NCBI GenBank assembly: GCA_965227295.1
Contig: OZ245742.1
Location: 2,464,001-2,528,000, forward strand
DNA length: 64,000 bases
Source of the DNA: Leptonemataceae bacterium
GTDB lineage: Bacteria; Spirochaetota; Leptospiria; Leptospirales; Leptonemataceae
Direction of reading: 5' to 3'
A model generated the notes under the pieces. It had not been told where the DNA came from, did not search any database, and saw only the letters and a list, made by a program, of their open reading frames with translations. The translations under genes were made by a program, and so were the position numbers. Of this stretch, positions 17,169 through 27,141 are shown one piece after another. Positions within the stretch are counted from its first letter, which is position 1. Every line of letters begins with the position of its first letter.

Positions 17169-18317
17169 ATGATCATGAAAACCGCCGCTCCATCCAGACG
17201 TTACCTTCTGTATCCCATCGGGTTGCTGCTGTTCCTCTTGCTCGTCGACAAACTTGCGTTCATTCCAGGTTTGCGGGAGGCCGGTCGGGTGGACGCGGCG
17301 CCCAACGAAGTTCGCCAGGCCGTGCTCCGGCAGAGTTGTGATGAACTGGCGCTCCTGCGCAAGAACGAACCGGAGCGGAAGGTCGTCTTCGTCTTCGGCT
17401 CGTCGCGCTCGGATCCGTTTTACTTTACTGGTCCGGAAGAAATCCAGGCGTCGCCGTACCTGAGCGCTTCGGAAAAACTTCGCATGAGTGAGTACTACTT
17501 CGACGCCCGGGCCCAGGTCGACGGCGGCGATTTGTTGATGCAACTCGCACTCTTGAATACGCTCATCCAGACACAGGATTGCCGCCCGGACGTGATCTTT
17601 CTGGAAGTCTCGCCGTTCATGTTTTCCACGGCGCTCAATCGCGAACGCTGGTACGAGTACGTCTCGGATCGAGATCTCATCCGCCAGGGGCTCGCTTATC
17701 TACCGGGAGAATTACGATGGGACGGCCTTGCGCAGTTGCTGTTCGAATCGTATCGTTTGCAGTGGAAACCGGAAAAGGCGGTGGCGAACATCGTCGGCAA
17801 TCGTCACGCGAAGAGCGCCGCGGAAGAGGCCGCGCTGCTCGCCATGTTTACTCCCGTGCATCGTCGGTTGCCGCCGGACTACGTCGACTATCCGCCGCGG
17901 GCGGAGGGCATTCCCGCGGATGTCTACGCCGTGCAATTCGAAAAGTACGCGCGGTTGAACGTCGTGCTCAGCGTGTACCGCGACTTCGAGGCGAACCCGG
18001 CTTACCGTGCGCTGTTTCGGCTGATGATGATCGTGAGCCGGGAGCGCGACCTGCCGATTCTACTGTGGACGCCGAAGGTGCATCCGACGTTCGTCGAACT
18101 CGTACAGGACCACTATGACTTTGAACGTACCTACTGGCCGGAGCACTACGCCCTCATTGAAGCCGCCGGATTTCCGCACTTCGACGCCCGCCGACGAGAG
18201 TTACGCTGTGAGCGTTTTTTTGATTCTTCGCACCTGGGCAATCAGTGCGGCCTGCCGCTGGCCTATGAGATGATCGACTTCTACGAACAAAGCCGGCAAA
18301 GCCGGCAGAGTCCGTAA
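17169..18317 (+). CDS. DUF1574-like SGNH-type partner of MBOAT
   Basis: N-terminal TM, VFGSSRS, FFDSSHL; directly downstream of MBOAT. Confidence 0.7.
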   Translation: MIMKTAAPSRRYLLYPIGLLLFLLLVDKLAFIPGLREAGRVDAAPNEVRQAVLRQSCDELALLRKNEPERKVVFVFGSSRSDPFYFTGPEEIQASPYLSASEKLRMSEYYFDARAQVDGGDLLMQLALLNTLIQTQDCRPDVIFLEVSPFMFSTALNRERWYEYVSDRDLIRQGLAYLPGELRWDGLAQLLFESYRLQWKPEKAVANIVGNRHAKSAAEEAALLAMFTPVHRRLPPDYVDYPPRAEGIPADVYAVQFEKYARLNVVLSVYRDFEANPAYRALFRLMMIVSRERDLPILLWTPKVHPTFVELVQDHYDFERTYWPEHYALIEAAGFPHFDARRRELRCERFFDSSHLGNQCGLPLAYEMIDFYEQSRQSRQSP

Positions 18318-18329
18318 GTCGCAGTTCGA

Positions 18330-19778
18330 TTACTGTAGCATCTTGAGTTCGTCCCGCAGTGCCTGTTCGTTGCGCGGCATCCAGTTGGGACCGTAGAGTT
18401 TTCGAAGCATATCGAGGGCCTCTGCGCGAGATTGCCCGGTGTTTTTTTCGTGGCGCTTCCAGAATTGATCCCACCAGTCCGGCGGCTGGACCTTGCTGCC
18501 GTCGTATTCGGTGGGACGATCCGTTTCGTCGCCGACGACCAGGCTGCCGACGTAATCTCCATCCGCGTAAACTTTCGACAATTGCTTGTTAATGTCGGCC
18601 ACGTCTTCCGCGGAGACAATGCCGTTCGACGTGGCCTTGTAGAATTGCACCGTAACCCGCACGGGGAAATTCGGATCGCGTTCGATTTCCAGGCCGTCGA
18701 TTTCCGTGAACGGCCCTTCGACGGGGCCGTGACCGATGACGGCGGCCTCGACGTCGCTTTGCATCGCACGATCGGCGCTCATGGCCATCATCGGTACGCC
18801 GTCCGCTTCCATCGTGCCGTACCCGCCGCCGGCCTTAAAACGCATGGGGTTCTTTTGTTTGAGGGGCACCTGGATCAACAGCACCATGTTCAGGCCTTCC
18901 TCGCCGGCGACTTCCACGGAGGCAGCGTCGGAATTTCCGCCGTTGGTTTTGAAATCGCTCAGGCGTTCCGCTGTAAGCGCGGCGCGTTCGCCGTCTTTGT
19001 TAAAAAAGAGGCGTTGGCCCCAGGTCGGCCCGGCCGCGAAGCCGTCGCGTTTGTTGTCGATGACGGTGACGCTCGTGCCTTCGCGCGTGGCGAGGATCGT
19101 CAGTACTGCCGGGTCGCCCTCGTAGCTCTGGTAGTTGAACAGCACGGGATTGAACACGGCCCGGCCCTGTTTCGGTACCGGGAGGAAACACGCCTGCGCG
19201 CTCACCAGCACGTGGCTGTCGCGTTCGGCCAGCAGCGATTCGCGCTGTCCTTTCCAGGAGGAGCCGTCGTGTAAGTAACGACGAATGTTACTTAAGAATT
19301 CTTTGAGGTTCACGCGTTTCAGCTCGCGGCCGTTCTGGTTGCCGACAAGGATGTGAAAACGATCCAGGCGAAGATCGGCCGTTTTATCGCTGAAGTTCGG
19401 ATGGCGAATCACCGGCATGAGGTGCAGGCCGTAGTCGTCGCGTTGCGGATCCTTGTGTTCCACCTGGATCGTCATGTCGCTGATGTTCGGCCCCACCGTG
19501 GAGCCTTTGTAGCGTCCGGTATCCTCCCAGGTGACGTTGAGAATTTGCAGTCCGTACTGTGCGGCCAGGCGCCGGGCCTCGCCGTCGCTTACCATGGCAA
19601 TGGTCCTGCGGATTGCGGCGCCGTAGTTCGCGGCTTCGCGCGCGTTCATTGCTTCGTCAGTCGGTGATGATTTGCTGTTGCCGGATGCGGCGACGGGCAG
19701 GGGATCGTGGAGATACGCGGCGCCGGCGGTGATCAGGCCGATCACGAATGCAGTGCGCAGGCTGGTGGGGGCGTTCAT
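18330..19778 (-). CDS. conserved hypothetical secreted protein
   Basis: Signal-like N-terminus from MNAPTS (19778); typical codon bias; motifs WEDTGRYKGSTVGPNISDMT, SAQACFLP, RVTVQFY. Confidence 0.75.
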   Translation of the reverse strand: MNAPTSLRTAFVIGLITAGAAYLHDPLPVAASGNSKSSPTDEAMNAREAANYGAAIRRTIAMVSDGEARRLAAQYGLQILNVTWEDTGRYKGSTVGPNISDMTIQVEHKDPQRDDYGLHLMPVIRHPNFSDKTADLRLDRFHILVGNQNGRELKRVNLKEFLSNIRRYLHDGSSWKGQRESLLAERDSHVLVSAQACFLPVPKQGRAVFNPVLFNYQSYEGDPAVLTILATREGTSVTVIDNKRDGFAAGPTWGQRLFFNKDGERAALTAERLSDFKTNGGNSDAASVEVAGEEGLNMVLLIQVPLKQKNPMRFKAGGGYGTMEADGVPMMAMSADRAMQSDVEAAVIGHGPVEGPFTEIDGLEIERDPNFPVRVTVQFYKATSNGIVSAEDVADINKQLSKVYADGDYVGSLVVGDETDRPTEYDGSKVQPPDWWDQFWKRHEKNTGQSRAEALDMLRKLYGPNWMPRNEQALRDELKMLQ

Positions 19779-20119
19779 GGGATGCCTCAGTAATTCGAAA
19801 AATGGTACGACCGGGTGCGGGCGCTCCGGCATTGGACGAAACGGTCCCCGCCCCGGTTCACAGTCTTCGCGCGAGATATACGCGCTTCGGTCCTCCGCTA
19901 CGCTCCGGACTCGCGGCTGCGCCGCGACCCTTCCAATCCCTGGCGCGAAGAGCTGCAAGTTCACAGGCATCACTTTTTGATAACGACGTCGTCATCCGCG
20001 ACTTTTTAGTCAGCTCCGCATCCATGTCGAATTTCCGCCGTGCCGTTCGTCGCTTTCATGAACCGGAAAGCGGACGACAGGCCGCGGCCCGGCGAATACT
20101 CAGACACAAGGAGAAACGC

Positions 20120-20551
20120 ATGAAAGTCATCGTCATGGTGAAAGCCACAAAAGAGAGCGAGGCGGGTGAAATTCCCGAGGAACAACTGCTCAGCGACATG
20201 ATGCAATACAACGAGGAACTCGTGAAGGCCGGCATCATGGTGGCCGGGGAGGGACTGCAACCCAGCGCGAAGGGCGCTCGCGTCCGCTTTGAAGGCGAAA
20301 AACGTACGGTCATCGACGGGCCGTTCGCGGAAACCAAAGAACTCGTGGCCGGTTTCTGGATCTGGCAGGTCAAGTCGATGGACGAGGCGATCGAGTGGGT
20401 GAAGCGCTGCCCGAATCCCATGATGAGCGATTCGGAAATCGAAATCCGCCCGGTCTTTGAGATAGAGGACTTCGGCGAAGAGATGACGCCGGAATTGCGC
20501 GCGAAAGAAGAAGAGCTGCGCACCAGAATCGAGAACAGCCGCGGGCAATGA
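20120..20551 (+). CDS. YciI/DGPF domain protein
   Basis: DGPFAETKELVAGFW, IEIRP; RBS AAGGAG before ATG 20120. Confidence 0.92.
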   Translation: MKVIVMVKATKESEAGEIPEEQLLSDMMQYNEELVKAGIMVAGEGLQPSAKGARVRFEGEKRTVIDGPFAETKELVAGFWIWQVKSMDEAIEWVKRCPNPMMSDSEIEIRPVFEIEDFGEEMTPELRAKEEELRTRIENSRGQ

Positions 20552-21526
20552 ACCGCACACCGCAGAGCACGATCGAAACGGTGTGGCGCATGGAGGCCCC
20601 GCGTCTCATGGCGGGGCTCATGCGCATGGTGCGCGATCTGGAGCTGGCCGAGGACCTGGCGCAGGACGCCCTGGTCCGCGCGCTGGAAACGTGGCCGGCG
20701 AGCGGCGTGCCGAACAATCCCGGCGCGTGGAGAGGCGACGATTGGCCAACGCATCACACGCGCCAAACGTGCACTGGCCGAGGCCGGCGTACCCTTCGAA
20801 ACACCGCCTCCCGGGGAACGCGCGTCGCGCCTCGCTTCGGTCCTCGACGTCATCTACCTTATCTTCAACGAAGGTTACGCCGCCACCGCCGGCGATGCCT
20901 GGATGCGGCCGGCGCTCTGCGAAGACGCCCTGCGTCTCGGTCGCGTGCTGGCCGAACTGATGCCCGGCGAAACCGAGGTGCACGGTCTCGTCGCGTTGAT
21001 GGAGTTGCAGGCGTCGCGTCTGCGCACACGTTGCACGCCGGACGGTGAACCGATCCGGCTGCTTGATCAGGATCGCTCACGCTGGGACGGCCTGTTGATC
21101 CGGCGCGGCCTGGCGGCCCTGGAAAGCGCGCGCGAGACCGCAAGGCCTCTCAGCGCGTACGCCCTGCAGGCGTCCATCGCCGCGTGCCATGCGCGAGCCC
21201 GGCGCGCCGAAGATACGGAGTGGTCTCGCATCGTCGCCTTGTACGATGCGCTGTTCGGTCTCACCGGTTCGCCGGTAGTGGAACTGAACCGCGCCATGGC
21301 TGTCGCCATGGCCTTCGGTCCGGAGCAGGGGCTCGCACTGGTCGACGAATTGTACGATGAGCCGGCGCTGAAGGACTATCATCTGCTTCCGGCGGTGCGC
21401 GGCGATTTGTTGCAGAAGCTCGGCCGTTATACCGAGGCGCGCGATGAATTCGAACGCGCGGCCATGATGACGGCGAACGTACGTGAGCGGGAGCTATTGC
21501 TGAAGCGTGCCGCAGACACTGAGTAA
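20548..21526 (+). pseudogene. ECF sigma factor with C-terminal TPR-like extension (YciI-associated type), internal deletion plus frameshift
   Basis: Region 2 start (DLELAEDLAQDA..GVPNNPGAW) joins out of frame at ~20731 to EATIGQRITRAKR..YLIFNEGY; most of regions 2 to 4 missing. Confidence 0.8.
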
Positions 21527-21539
21527 CGCGCAGTAGAAG

Positions 21540-21944
21540 TTAGTTCTCCGCCCAGTTCTCCAGTTTCAACCCCGGCACACGGTCAAACTCGCGCACGTTA
21601 TTGCTGACCAACGCCACGCCGTAGCGCATGGCCTGGGCTGCAATCTGTAGGTCGTACGGGCCGATGGTTTTGCCCTGCGCTTCGAGGTCCGCGCGCATGA
21701 GGCCGTAGGTCATGGCGTCCGTGGTGTCGAAGTCCAGGATACGAAAGGGAATGAGAAACTTCAGCAGCGCCGCACGGTTCTGCATGGGTCGGCTGCTTTT
21801 CGAGACGCCGTACTCCAGCTCCGCGACCGTAACTCCGGAGATGGCGATGGACTCGGCCTGTGCGCGACGAAACCGTGTCAGAACGTTCACGGGTTTCTCT
21901 TTGATGATGTAGATGCAGATGTTCGTATCGAGGAGATACTTCAT
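21540..21944 (-). CDS. vapC: type II TA toxin VapC (PIN domain)
   Basis: YLLDTNICI, AELEYG, GPYDLQIAAQA, VSNNVREF. Confidence 0.95.
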   Translation of the reverse strand: MKYLLDTNICIYIIKEKPVNVLTRFRRAQAESIAISGVTVAELEYGVSKSSRPMQNRAALLKFLIPFRILDFDTTDAMTYGLMRADLEAQGKTIGPYDLQIAAQAMRYGVALVSNNVREFDRVPGLKLENWAEN

Positions 21945-21945
21945 C

Positions 21946-22179
21946 TCAAAGCCCCGCGCGTTTTTGCGGGGCGGGCTGTTCGCGTTCGGACAGGAAGTCG
22001 TCGGAGAATTCGTCGAGGCTCTCGGCGAAGGACTTCCATTGTTTGCCCACGGGAATGAGCATGACCACGTCGTTGAGTTTTTTGATGTAGACTTCGGTCC
22101 CCTCGAAGCGGAACTCTTTAGGCAGACGGACGGCCTGGCTACGACCGTTTTCGAACAGTTTGGCGGTTTGCATGATCAT
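21946..22179 (-). CDS. vapB: type II TA antitoxin VapB (AbrB/SpoVT type)
   Basis: TAKLFENGRSQAVRLPKEFRF; GGAGG before ATG 22179. Confidence 0.93.
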   Translation of the reverse strand: MIMQTAKLFENGRSQAVRLPKEFRFEGTEVYIKKLNDVVMLIPVGKQWKSFAESLDEFSDDFLSEREQPAPQKRAGL

Positions 22180-22186
22180 GGCGAGC

Positions 22187-22216
22187 CTCCGGTATATACC
22201 CGAGTATATACCGGAG
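22187..22216. promoter_or_regulatory. putative vapBC autoregulatory operator
   Basis: Perfect 13-bp inverted repeat CTCCGGTATATAC-CCGA-GTATATACCGGAG containing two GTATATAC palindromes, overlapping the RBS. Confidence 0.7.
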
Positions 22217-22294
22217 TGAACCCTGGTCAACCCTTTTTGAGATTTTGCACGCATCGGCCTGCGTGAATGTAACAGGCCGGTCCCGGTTCCCGCC

Positions 22295-23023
22295 TCACGT
22301 TCCCGCGTGTTTCGCGCCGCCGTCTGCCGACGTAACTTTGCCGTCCGGGTAGATTCGCCGGTTCACGCAGCCGCACGCCTGAAACAGGAACTCCATGAAC
22401 CGCCAGAAGCGGATGCGATCCAGGATGGGATTCATCCACCCGCAGGAGATGCAGTAGTGCGAATCGTGGGGGGCGTTGTGGTGACGCTGGTGATGCCCGG
22501 GGTCCAGGATGAGGCCCGTACGCTGAAGGAAGCGGAGCAGGACGTTCGAGTCTTCCGGCGGGAGATGCGACCACTTGTGAACCTGGTTAGCCAGGATGCT
22601 GAACGTCGCCATGAAGATGAAGAAGATGCCGAAGGCCGGCGCGAGGATATCGCCGGCTTTGCTGAATGCCATGACGATGATCATGGGTACGAGCAGTGCG
22701 ACTCCGAGCAGGAAGGCGTTGCCGTTGGTTTCAATGAAGTCGTGGTCGCAGATGCCGCGCGGCGTGGTGTGGTGTTCGCGGAACGGCTGGATGATGGATT
22801 GGCCGAACACGGGCATGCTTTCGTCGCCGTAGGTGTCGCAGAGCCAGTGGACGAAGCCCGTGATCCAGTCACCGGCCAACCAGCCGAGGAAGAACATGGG
22901 AAACACGAGCCACAACGTTTCCGCCGCAACCAGCAGAGAAACGGACTGGTACAAAAAGAAAATGAAGAGCGGTGGGAATAAGAGAACCGCGGAGAGCTCG
23001 AGTTTGCGGTGAGCGTGGGCCAT
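22295..23023 (-). CDS. CarF/TMEM189 (PEDS1)-family lipid desaturase
   Basis: His boxes HWLCDTYG, FREHH, HDFIETNG, NQVHKWSH, HHQRHH, YCISCGWMN. Confidence 0.88.
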   Translation of the reverse strand: MAHAHRKLELSAVLLFPPLFIFFLYQSVSLLVAAETLWLVFPMFFLGWLAGDWITGFVHWLCDTYGDESMPVFGQSIIQPFREHHTTPRGICDHDFIETNGNAFLLGVALLVPMIIVMAFSKAGDILAPAFGIFFIFMATFSILANQVHKWSHLPPEDSNVLLRFLQRTGLILDPGHHQRHHNAPHDSHYCISCGWMNPILDRIRFWRFMEFLFQACGCVNRRIYPDGKVTSADGGAKHAGT

Positions 23024-23188
23024 GGCGAACACCTTGATGTGACAATAAAATTTAGATGAGAAGAAGAAATTATTACTGAATAGACGTTGGTATCACGCCC
23101 AACCATCACTGCAAGTTAAAACACCGCGGTGGGCCCGGGACACGCAAATAATTGCGCGAATTGAGATGGTTCACATTTGACCGTTCGG

Positions 23189-25357
23189 TTATTTGGACGT
23201 TAGCGACAGCGCGCCGTCCCAGTTGGCCGGCGCGCCGTTGATTTGAAAGTCCCGACAACGCCCGACAAACATTCCAGCTGTGGGATCGCCGGCGGCCGTG
23301 AGTTCACCGAAGATTCGTTCCGCCGCCGAAAAATCACCCTGGACGTAGGCGGCGAAGGCTTCTTCGTACCGAGGAGTCGCCTGCATGCGCGCGTCCCGTT
23401 CTTCCGGGGGCAGGCCGTCCAGTACCTCGTAGAGTTCCACCGGTTCCATCTTGCCTTTGACCCGCACTCGATCCAGGAAGCGCATAGAGAAAGTGTCGCT
23501 GCGGGTCATGGACATACGCACGTCGCCGGTGACCAGCAGCCCGGTGCGATAAAACTTCGTCAGCCCTTCCACCCGGGCGGCCAGGTTCACCGCGTCCGAG
23601 ATGACCGTGCCTTCCATGCGTTCGTTCTCGCCGATGGTCCCGAGCATGAGCAGGCCGCGGTGAATGCCCACGCCGATGTCGATGGCATTGTAACCGTACT
23701 TCACGCGGCCCGCGTTCCACTTCACGAGCGAGCGTTGCATGCCCACCGCGGATTCAATCGCGTCCTCCGCGCTCCGATCAAAGAGCGCCATGATCGCGTC
23801 GCCGATGTACTTGTCGATGAAGCCGTGGTTCTCGCGGATGATCGGCCCCATGCGACGCAGGTACGAGTTGATGAAGTCGAAGTTTTCCCGCGGCGACATG
23901 TTCTCCGAAAGAGTCGTGAACGAGCGGATGTCCGAAAAGAGAATCGTCATCTCCTTCTGCACCTGGTCGCCCAGTTCCACGTCCACGATGTCGTCGTGAT
24001 CCAGGAACTGCAAAAACTCGAAGGGGACGAAGCGCCGGGACGCCGCGTTGTATTTTTCCAGGCGCACGTTCAGGCGTTCCGTCTCGTTGTTCAGTCGCAC
24101 GAAACGGTTCGCCAGGATCAGCGCCATACTGATGACGAAAAACGTGAACGCGTACGTGACCAGGGTGGGCAGGTTGATGATGGCGCGGCCGGTCAGCACG
24201 TCCAGGACGATGGCCACGACGAGAATCATGACACTGATCAACATGGTCAGCGCGTCCAGATCGCCGCGGATCAATTCCCGCGCGAGCAAGAGGGCGATGG
24301 CCAGGAAGTAGAGGATCCAGCCCGGCTGGGCGACGCCGTTGAGTACGGCCTGCCAGGTGCTGGTCTCGTCGAAGATGAGAATGATCGTGATGGCGATGAG
24401 CGGCGCAACATGGGCCGCGTAACCGATGTAACTGCCGATGCGGCTGAGCCAGTCGTACCAGCGTTCGATCCGCGCCGGGGCCGGGAAGTAGTTTCGGAGA
24501 AAAAGATAGAATAACGGAAAGGTTGCGATGACCGAAATCGTTTGAATGCGTTTCCAGAAGTGCAGTTCCAGGCCGAGCTCGTACTTGAACTGCGTACGCA
24601 ATACGGAGTAGATTACGAGGCTGAACAAAAACAACGCAAAGTAGAGGTTTTCCTGCTCCTGGCGCCGGCGTACGAAGAACAGCAGAAAGTATAAACCGAA
24701 CGTTACGTAGATCATGAGCGTGAGAATTTCGCCCACATTCTCTAAGTAAAACTCACGGAACATTAGCCGTGCCGGGCCTAGTTCCGCGCGCCCGCGATAG
24801 ATGCCCAGTTCTTCGGCGAAGTAGCCGCGCACGTGAATGTGCACGACGTTCTTTCCGCCGTGCAAGAGGTTCGGCGGGAGCTCGTACAGGCGCACGGCGT
24901 CGTAGGCCTGGGGTTTCGCTGCATCCCACTCGCCCGTGGAACCAATGCGCACGCCGTTGACGAACGTCACATCACGGTCACTGATCTCGCCCAGGCGTAG
25001 CGCCGCCGGGTCCGCGGGGTGCAGCGGATCTTCCGGCAGCGTAAAAACCAGACGATACCAGATCGTTTGTTTTGCGCCGGGTTCGACGCCCTGAGCGATG
25101 AGTTCTCCCGGTGTCGTGACCGTTTGCCACTCACCGTCGGCCGCGTCGTTGTCGAGGACGGCGGCGGCGTCCGTCCGCGGATCGATGCTGCTGCTGGTAA
25201 CCTGCCACTGTGTGTCCTGGAGGTCGTTGCTGTTCAACGAGACGATGCCGTTGTCCTCGATTTGGCCGCCGCACGATGCGAGCACGACGAACAACGCCGG
25301 CGAAGCAAAAAGCGCGGCCAGGCGAGACCGGCGTAGATGGAATGTAAAGCAACGCAT
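23189..25357 (-). CDS. class III adenylate/guanylate cyclase with jelly-roll sensor and 7TM region
   Basis: Lipobox-like VLASC, sugar-binding-like domain, 7 TM segments, LFSDIRSFT, DKYIGDAIMA, SDAVNLAARVE. Confidence 0.92.
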   Translation of the reverse strand: MRCFTFHLRRSRLAALFASPALFVVLASCGGQIEDNGIVSLNSNDLQDTQWQVTSSSIDPRTDAAAVLDNDAADGEWQTVTTPGELIAQGVEPGAKQTIWYRLVFTLPEDPLHPADPAALRLGEISDRDVTFVNGVRIGSTGEWDAAKPQAYDAVRLYELPPNLLHGGKNVVHIHVRGYFAEELGIYRGRAELGPARLMFREFYLENVGEILTLMIYVTFGLYFLLFFVRRRQEQENLYFALFLFSLVIYSVLRTQFKYELGLELHFWKRIQTISVIATFPLFYLFLRNYFPAPARIERWYDWLSRIGSYIGYAAHVAPLIAITIILIFDETSTWQAVLNGVAQPGWILYFLAIALLLARELIRGDLDALTMLISVMILVVAIVLDVLTGRAIINLPTLVTYAFTFFVISMALILANRFVRLNNETERLNVRLEKYNAASRRFVPFEFLQFLDHDDIVDVELGDQVQKEMTILFSDIRSFTTLSENMSPRENFDFINSYLRRMGPIIRENHGFIDKYIGDAIMALFDRSAEDAIESAVGMQRSLVKWNAGRVKYGYNAIDIGVGIHRGLLMLGTIGENERMEGTVISDAVNLAARVEGLTKFYRTGLLVTGDVRMSMTRSDTFSMRFLDRVRVKGKMEPVELYEVLDGLPPEERDARMQATPRYEEAFAAYVQGDFSAAERIFGELTAAGDPTAGMFVGRCRDFQINGAPANWDGALSLTSK

Positions 25358-25371
25358 CGTAGTTCCTGCAA

Positions 25372-26221
25372 CTATTCCAGGCGGCGGCCCAGGCCTTCGA
25401 AAAAATCCACGGTCGCCGCGGTGACCGCGTCTTCTTTGTCCAGGTTCAGGACAATGTCGGCGTGATCATAGCCGTCGATTTCCACATACTTGCACCGGGG
25501 CTGTGCGGCCTGGCGTCGGCCCTGATCGAGGATGAAGTCGTAGTCCAGCGAGCCGGCAACGACGAGCATGGGCGGGCTGCTGCGGCCGCGCAGTTGGGCC
25601 GGTGAGTAGGCCTGCCGGGCCTCCGCATTCTCACCGAAGACGGCGTCGACCTGCACGTGATCGAAGTCCGGCGGATCGCGCCGGGCCAGGTCGTTGATGT
25701 CCAGGATCGGTGAGAGGGCCGCAATCCCGCGTACGTTCAGTTGTTGATCGAGGCCTGTCAGAGCGGCCAGGTGCCCGCCGGCGCTGTGGCCCATCATATG
25801 AAAGCGTTCCGGATCGCCGCCGTAGGCGTGGGCGTGCTTGCTTAACCACTGCGCGGCAGAAGTTACGTCTTCGATCTGACCGTCGATCCGCGTTTCCGGA
25901 AAGAGGCGGTACGATGTGACGGCCGTGACATAGCCGCGTTGGGCGAAGGCGTAACCGATGTTCCAGTACAGCCCCGTGAGTGGACGATAGTAGCGCCGGT
26001 CCTGGTTTTTCCAGAAACCGCCGTGAACGAAGAGGATGATCGGGCGCAGGTTTTCCGGGGACGCATTCCGGGGGACGAAGAGATCCAGGCGGTGCTTCGG
26101 GTGGCTGCTGCCTGCGACGTAGATGAGATCGCTGTAGGTTTCGACGACGTCCGCGAGGCGCCAGGGCTGGGTGAGCGCACAACCGGCGCAGAAGAGCATG
26201 CCGGCAAAACCCGCGATCATG
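25372..26221 (-). CDS. alpha/beta hydrolase (HSL-like esterase)
   Basis: HGG oxyanion motif, GHSAG nucleophile; start codon uncertain. Confidence 0.85.
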
Positions 26222-26320
26222 CGGGCGGCGCGGCGTAGAGACGACGGGTTCACTGACAGAAACTTACGCACCGGAACGATTTGTGCAACAGCTTTTTCGG
26301 CGATGCGGTCTGTGTACGAC

Positions 26321-27130
26321 TCAGCGAATCTTACGAAAGTCGCCGTCGAAGTACGCCCGCGCTCCGCGATAGTACTCGCAGCCCGTCGCTTTCACGGACA
26401 CCGTGGGGCGGCGGGAAGCGAACGCAAATTCAATGCGACAGCACGGAGATTCGCTGTCGCCGGCGGGTCGCACGTCGCCGGCGCACTCCGATCTTTCCGC
26501 GTAGACGGCTTTCTGCCCGCCGGCCGGCACGTCGATCACGCCGCCGATCTCACCGATGTGATGCGTCGGTCCCCGAACGACTTCCAGTTTGAATAAGAGC
26601 CGGCGCTCGGTTTTTTCGTCTTTTTCAAGATGCAGCGTGCCGCCGAAGGAATCGGCATAGGTTCCGGAAATGCCGGGAGAAACACCTTCACCGCCGAAAG
26701 CCCGGCGCAGGTACTCGCTGCGGGAGACGGTGTAATCGTGCAGGCAGTCGTAGTAGCTCGCTTCGTACTCCAGGCGTTGTTTGCGTTGGGCGGCGTTCTC
26801 CGTGCTGTTCTCTGTTTTCGGCGGCGAGTAGTTGTGAGTCATCTCGGCCTGGAAGCCGCACTGGTACTCTTTGTAGCGAATCCAGTTGCGAGAATCGTCG
26901 CGCATCTCTTTCGTTAGGCCGTCGTCCAGGGAGGCCTTGAGTTTTTTATAAACGGCATTGAGTTCCCGGTCGGCGGATTCATAGCGCTTTTGGTAACAGG
27001 AAGCGCGAGCGGATAGGCCCGCGATGTCCTTGCAGGTGTCCGTGTCCTGCGGAGTGACACTGCCCGGGGCTGCCAGCAACAGCGGAGCCGACAACAGTGT
27101 GAAGATCAAGATGCGATAACGATCATGCAT
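26321..27130 (-). CDS. LprI (DUF1311) family lysozyme-inhibitor-like secreted protein
   Basis: Signal peptide; C..ADRELNAVYKKL..WIRYKEYQC pattern. Confidence 0.7.
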   Translation of the reverse strand: MHDRYRILIFTLLSAPLLLAAPGSVTPQDTDTCKDIAGLSARASCYQKRYESADRELNAVYKKLKASLDDGLTKEMRDDSRNWIRYKEYQCGFQAEMTHNYSPPKTENSTENAAQRKQRLEYEASYYDCLHDYTVSRSEYLRRAFGGEGVSPGISGTYADSFGGTLHLEKDEKTERRLLFKLEVVRGPTHHIGEIGGVIDVPAGGQKAVYAERSECAGDVRPAGDSESPCCRIEFAFASRRPTVSVKATGCEYYRGARAYFDGDFRKIR

Positions 27131-27141
27131 GGCGCAGGCAA

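Noticed and set aside
23243..24514. 423-aa plus-strand ORF
   Set aside because: Antisense to the adenylate cyclase, typical high-GC shadow frame
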